Part shown: positions 62,427 to 64,000 of the stretch, piece by piece
Position numbering within the stretch: the first letter of the stretch is position 1
Layout of the letters: each line of letters begins with the position of its first letter
NCBI GenBank assembly: GCA_964247055.1
Contig: OZ176059.1
Location: 682,001-746,000 of the forward strand
Origin: Paragordius varius
Lineage: Eukaryota; Animalia; Nematomorpha
Reading direction: 5' to 3'
DNA length: 64,000 nt
The notes under the pieces: generated by a model
What the model was told of the DNA's origin: nothing
Database searches by the model: none
Seen by the model: the letters and a program-made list of their open reading frames with translations, nothing else
Position numbers and translations under genes: made by a program

Positions 62427-64000
62427 TAATGGGCTATTTGCCTGTTATAGCGATTTAAAAAATTAAAGAAAAAAAGGCTGGGAAAAAGTTAGAGATGAGG
62501 ATTTTTTTACATTTTTAGATTTGTTTAATATTTTTGTATAATGCGCTCATAAGGCTAATGAAAGCATATTTTTTAATTCTTAATATTTTGAATACTTTTT
62601 AAAATATTTTCAAATCGCAGAGATAAAAAATTTTACCAAAAAGTATGAACTGTTAACAATGTTTTTTTACCATTTTATGGCATTTTTTCCATATAAATAA
62701 CTTAAACGCATTTAGAGTGTTCAACAAAAATAATACCTGATAAAATAGATATATCCGTATATGAGAATGCACCCGATTATAATGAGATTTTTGGAAACTG
62801 GCACATTCGGATTATTAATAAAAATTTAGGTGGCTAAATACTTCACTCCAAAAAATATCATTAAATTTTTAATATATAATATAATACATATAAGGAAGAA
62901 AATAAAATTTTTAAATAAATTTAATTCCTAGTGTGGGCTCCAAACACTAAATTATTTGCCTAAAATGGGCTAGCACTTATAAAATAAACGCTAAAATGTT
63001 TTAATTTTGCTTTAATAATGATAGATTATCGCATCAAAAAATATTTTTAAAAATAAATGCACACTTTGTTAAGTTGATTTTTAGCAAAATTTGGTTATAG
63101 TTTACTTCATACTAATAATAACTTTTCCTAAAATAGTTCCATAATACTGTGCACTTATCAACTCAGAACTCTGATTAAAATTGTTGAATTATTATTAATC
63201 ACCCAAATTTGAAATCAAACGAACCTGCAATCAAAATTTTGAAGTGATAAAAATGTTCAGCATTGAATAACACAGCCAAAAATATCCTTATGAAAATATT
63301 ATAATAGAAAAATGTATCTGGATTATAATCGTTTTGGTTTTGTCATCGAGCGATTAAACATATTTTACATTTTTTCAGAGTGCTTCATTAGAGAATATGG
63401 CGAAATTTGCGCCATTTTTTTGATTTATAGATAAAAATTGCTTTATTTCACAATTATCACAAAAAATAAATATATAAAAAGCAAGCGATTATTTAAGATA
63501 AATTTTAATGCTCTGATAACTACCCATATAATTTAATAAAAAAATACATTATTAAATTTTGGAAATTCATCCATACAAATAAAATTTAATGTGATCTGTT
63601 GTTTAAACAAATTAAATATTTCATCAAATATTATTATATTTTTATTTTCACAACTACTAGATTTTCTTCTCTCTCTCAAATACTACCTTTAAATAAATAT
63701 ATAATTAAATGTATAAATTATTTATTTTTGACGGCACGACATATATTAAAAACAAAATTAATAATTTATTATATTGGTTTTCGTTTGGATTTCTTTACAT
63801 CCATTTATGATACGGTTGAATAATCATAAACTATGGTTGTATCATTAACTTTGATGGTAGTAAGGATTTCTGTGCATTTATATTAAATATTTATACAGTA
63901 AAATTTATAAAGATAACTCTGAAATATGTAAATTAACGGTTTAAAAAGTTTACAAACAAACTGAAAAGAATAAGTTTTAATCTTTATTAAATATATACAC

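Noticed and set aside
3897-63823. Numerous 60-100-aa Ile/Phe/Lys/Tyr-rich ORFs (e.g. 3897, 7272, 7890, 13051, 20092, 22886, 25964, 34545, 45203, 45974, 48687, 60463, 63599)
   Set aside because: Their composition is that of random AT-rich intron or MITE sequence, and many use non-ATG starts.

Overview
Very AT-rich, intron-dense animal genomic DNA carrying three protein-coding genes, each reconstructed by hand as a phase-consistent GT-AG exon chain. (1) The 3' ~1,740 aa of a perlecan-like gene (+, 342-24462, 33 exons): laminin-EGF, laminin IV-A, 7 Ig domains, then a low-complexity tail and a stop, with no laminin-G domain V. (2) A 927-aa collagen (+, 27345-31521, 10 exons) that joins a nematode-cuticle-collagen-type N-terminus (type II TM, coiled coil, RTKR furin site, Cys cluster), ~150 Gly-X-Y triplets and a spongin short-chain-collagen (C4-like) NC1 domain. 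This chimera is the most unusual feature of the window. (3) A ~2,464-aa adenylate cyclase 9 orthologue (-, 57888-34949, 16 coding exons) inflated by low-complexity inserts and lacking a C2b tail. Introns and intergenic DNA hold many MITE families (TA-flanked TATACCATTT- and CAGT-ended types, and hAT types with 8-bp TSDs), four LINE fragments (two RTE-clade), a tandemly amplified MITE end, and one GC-rich intronic island with RNase MRP-like motifs. No rRNA, tRNA or CRISPR was seen. All family assignments come from recalled motifs, not database searches.
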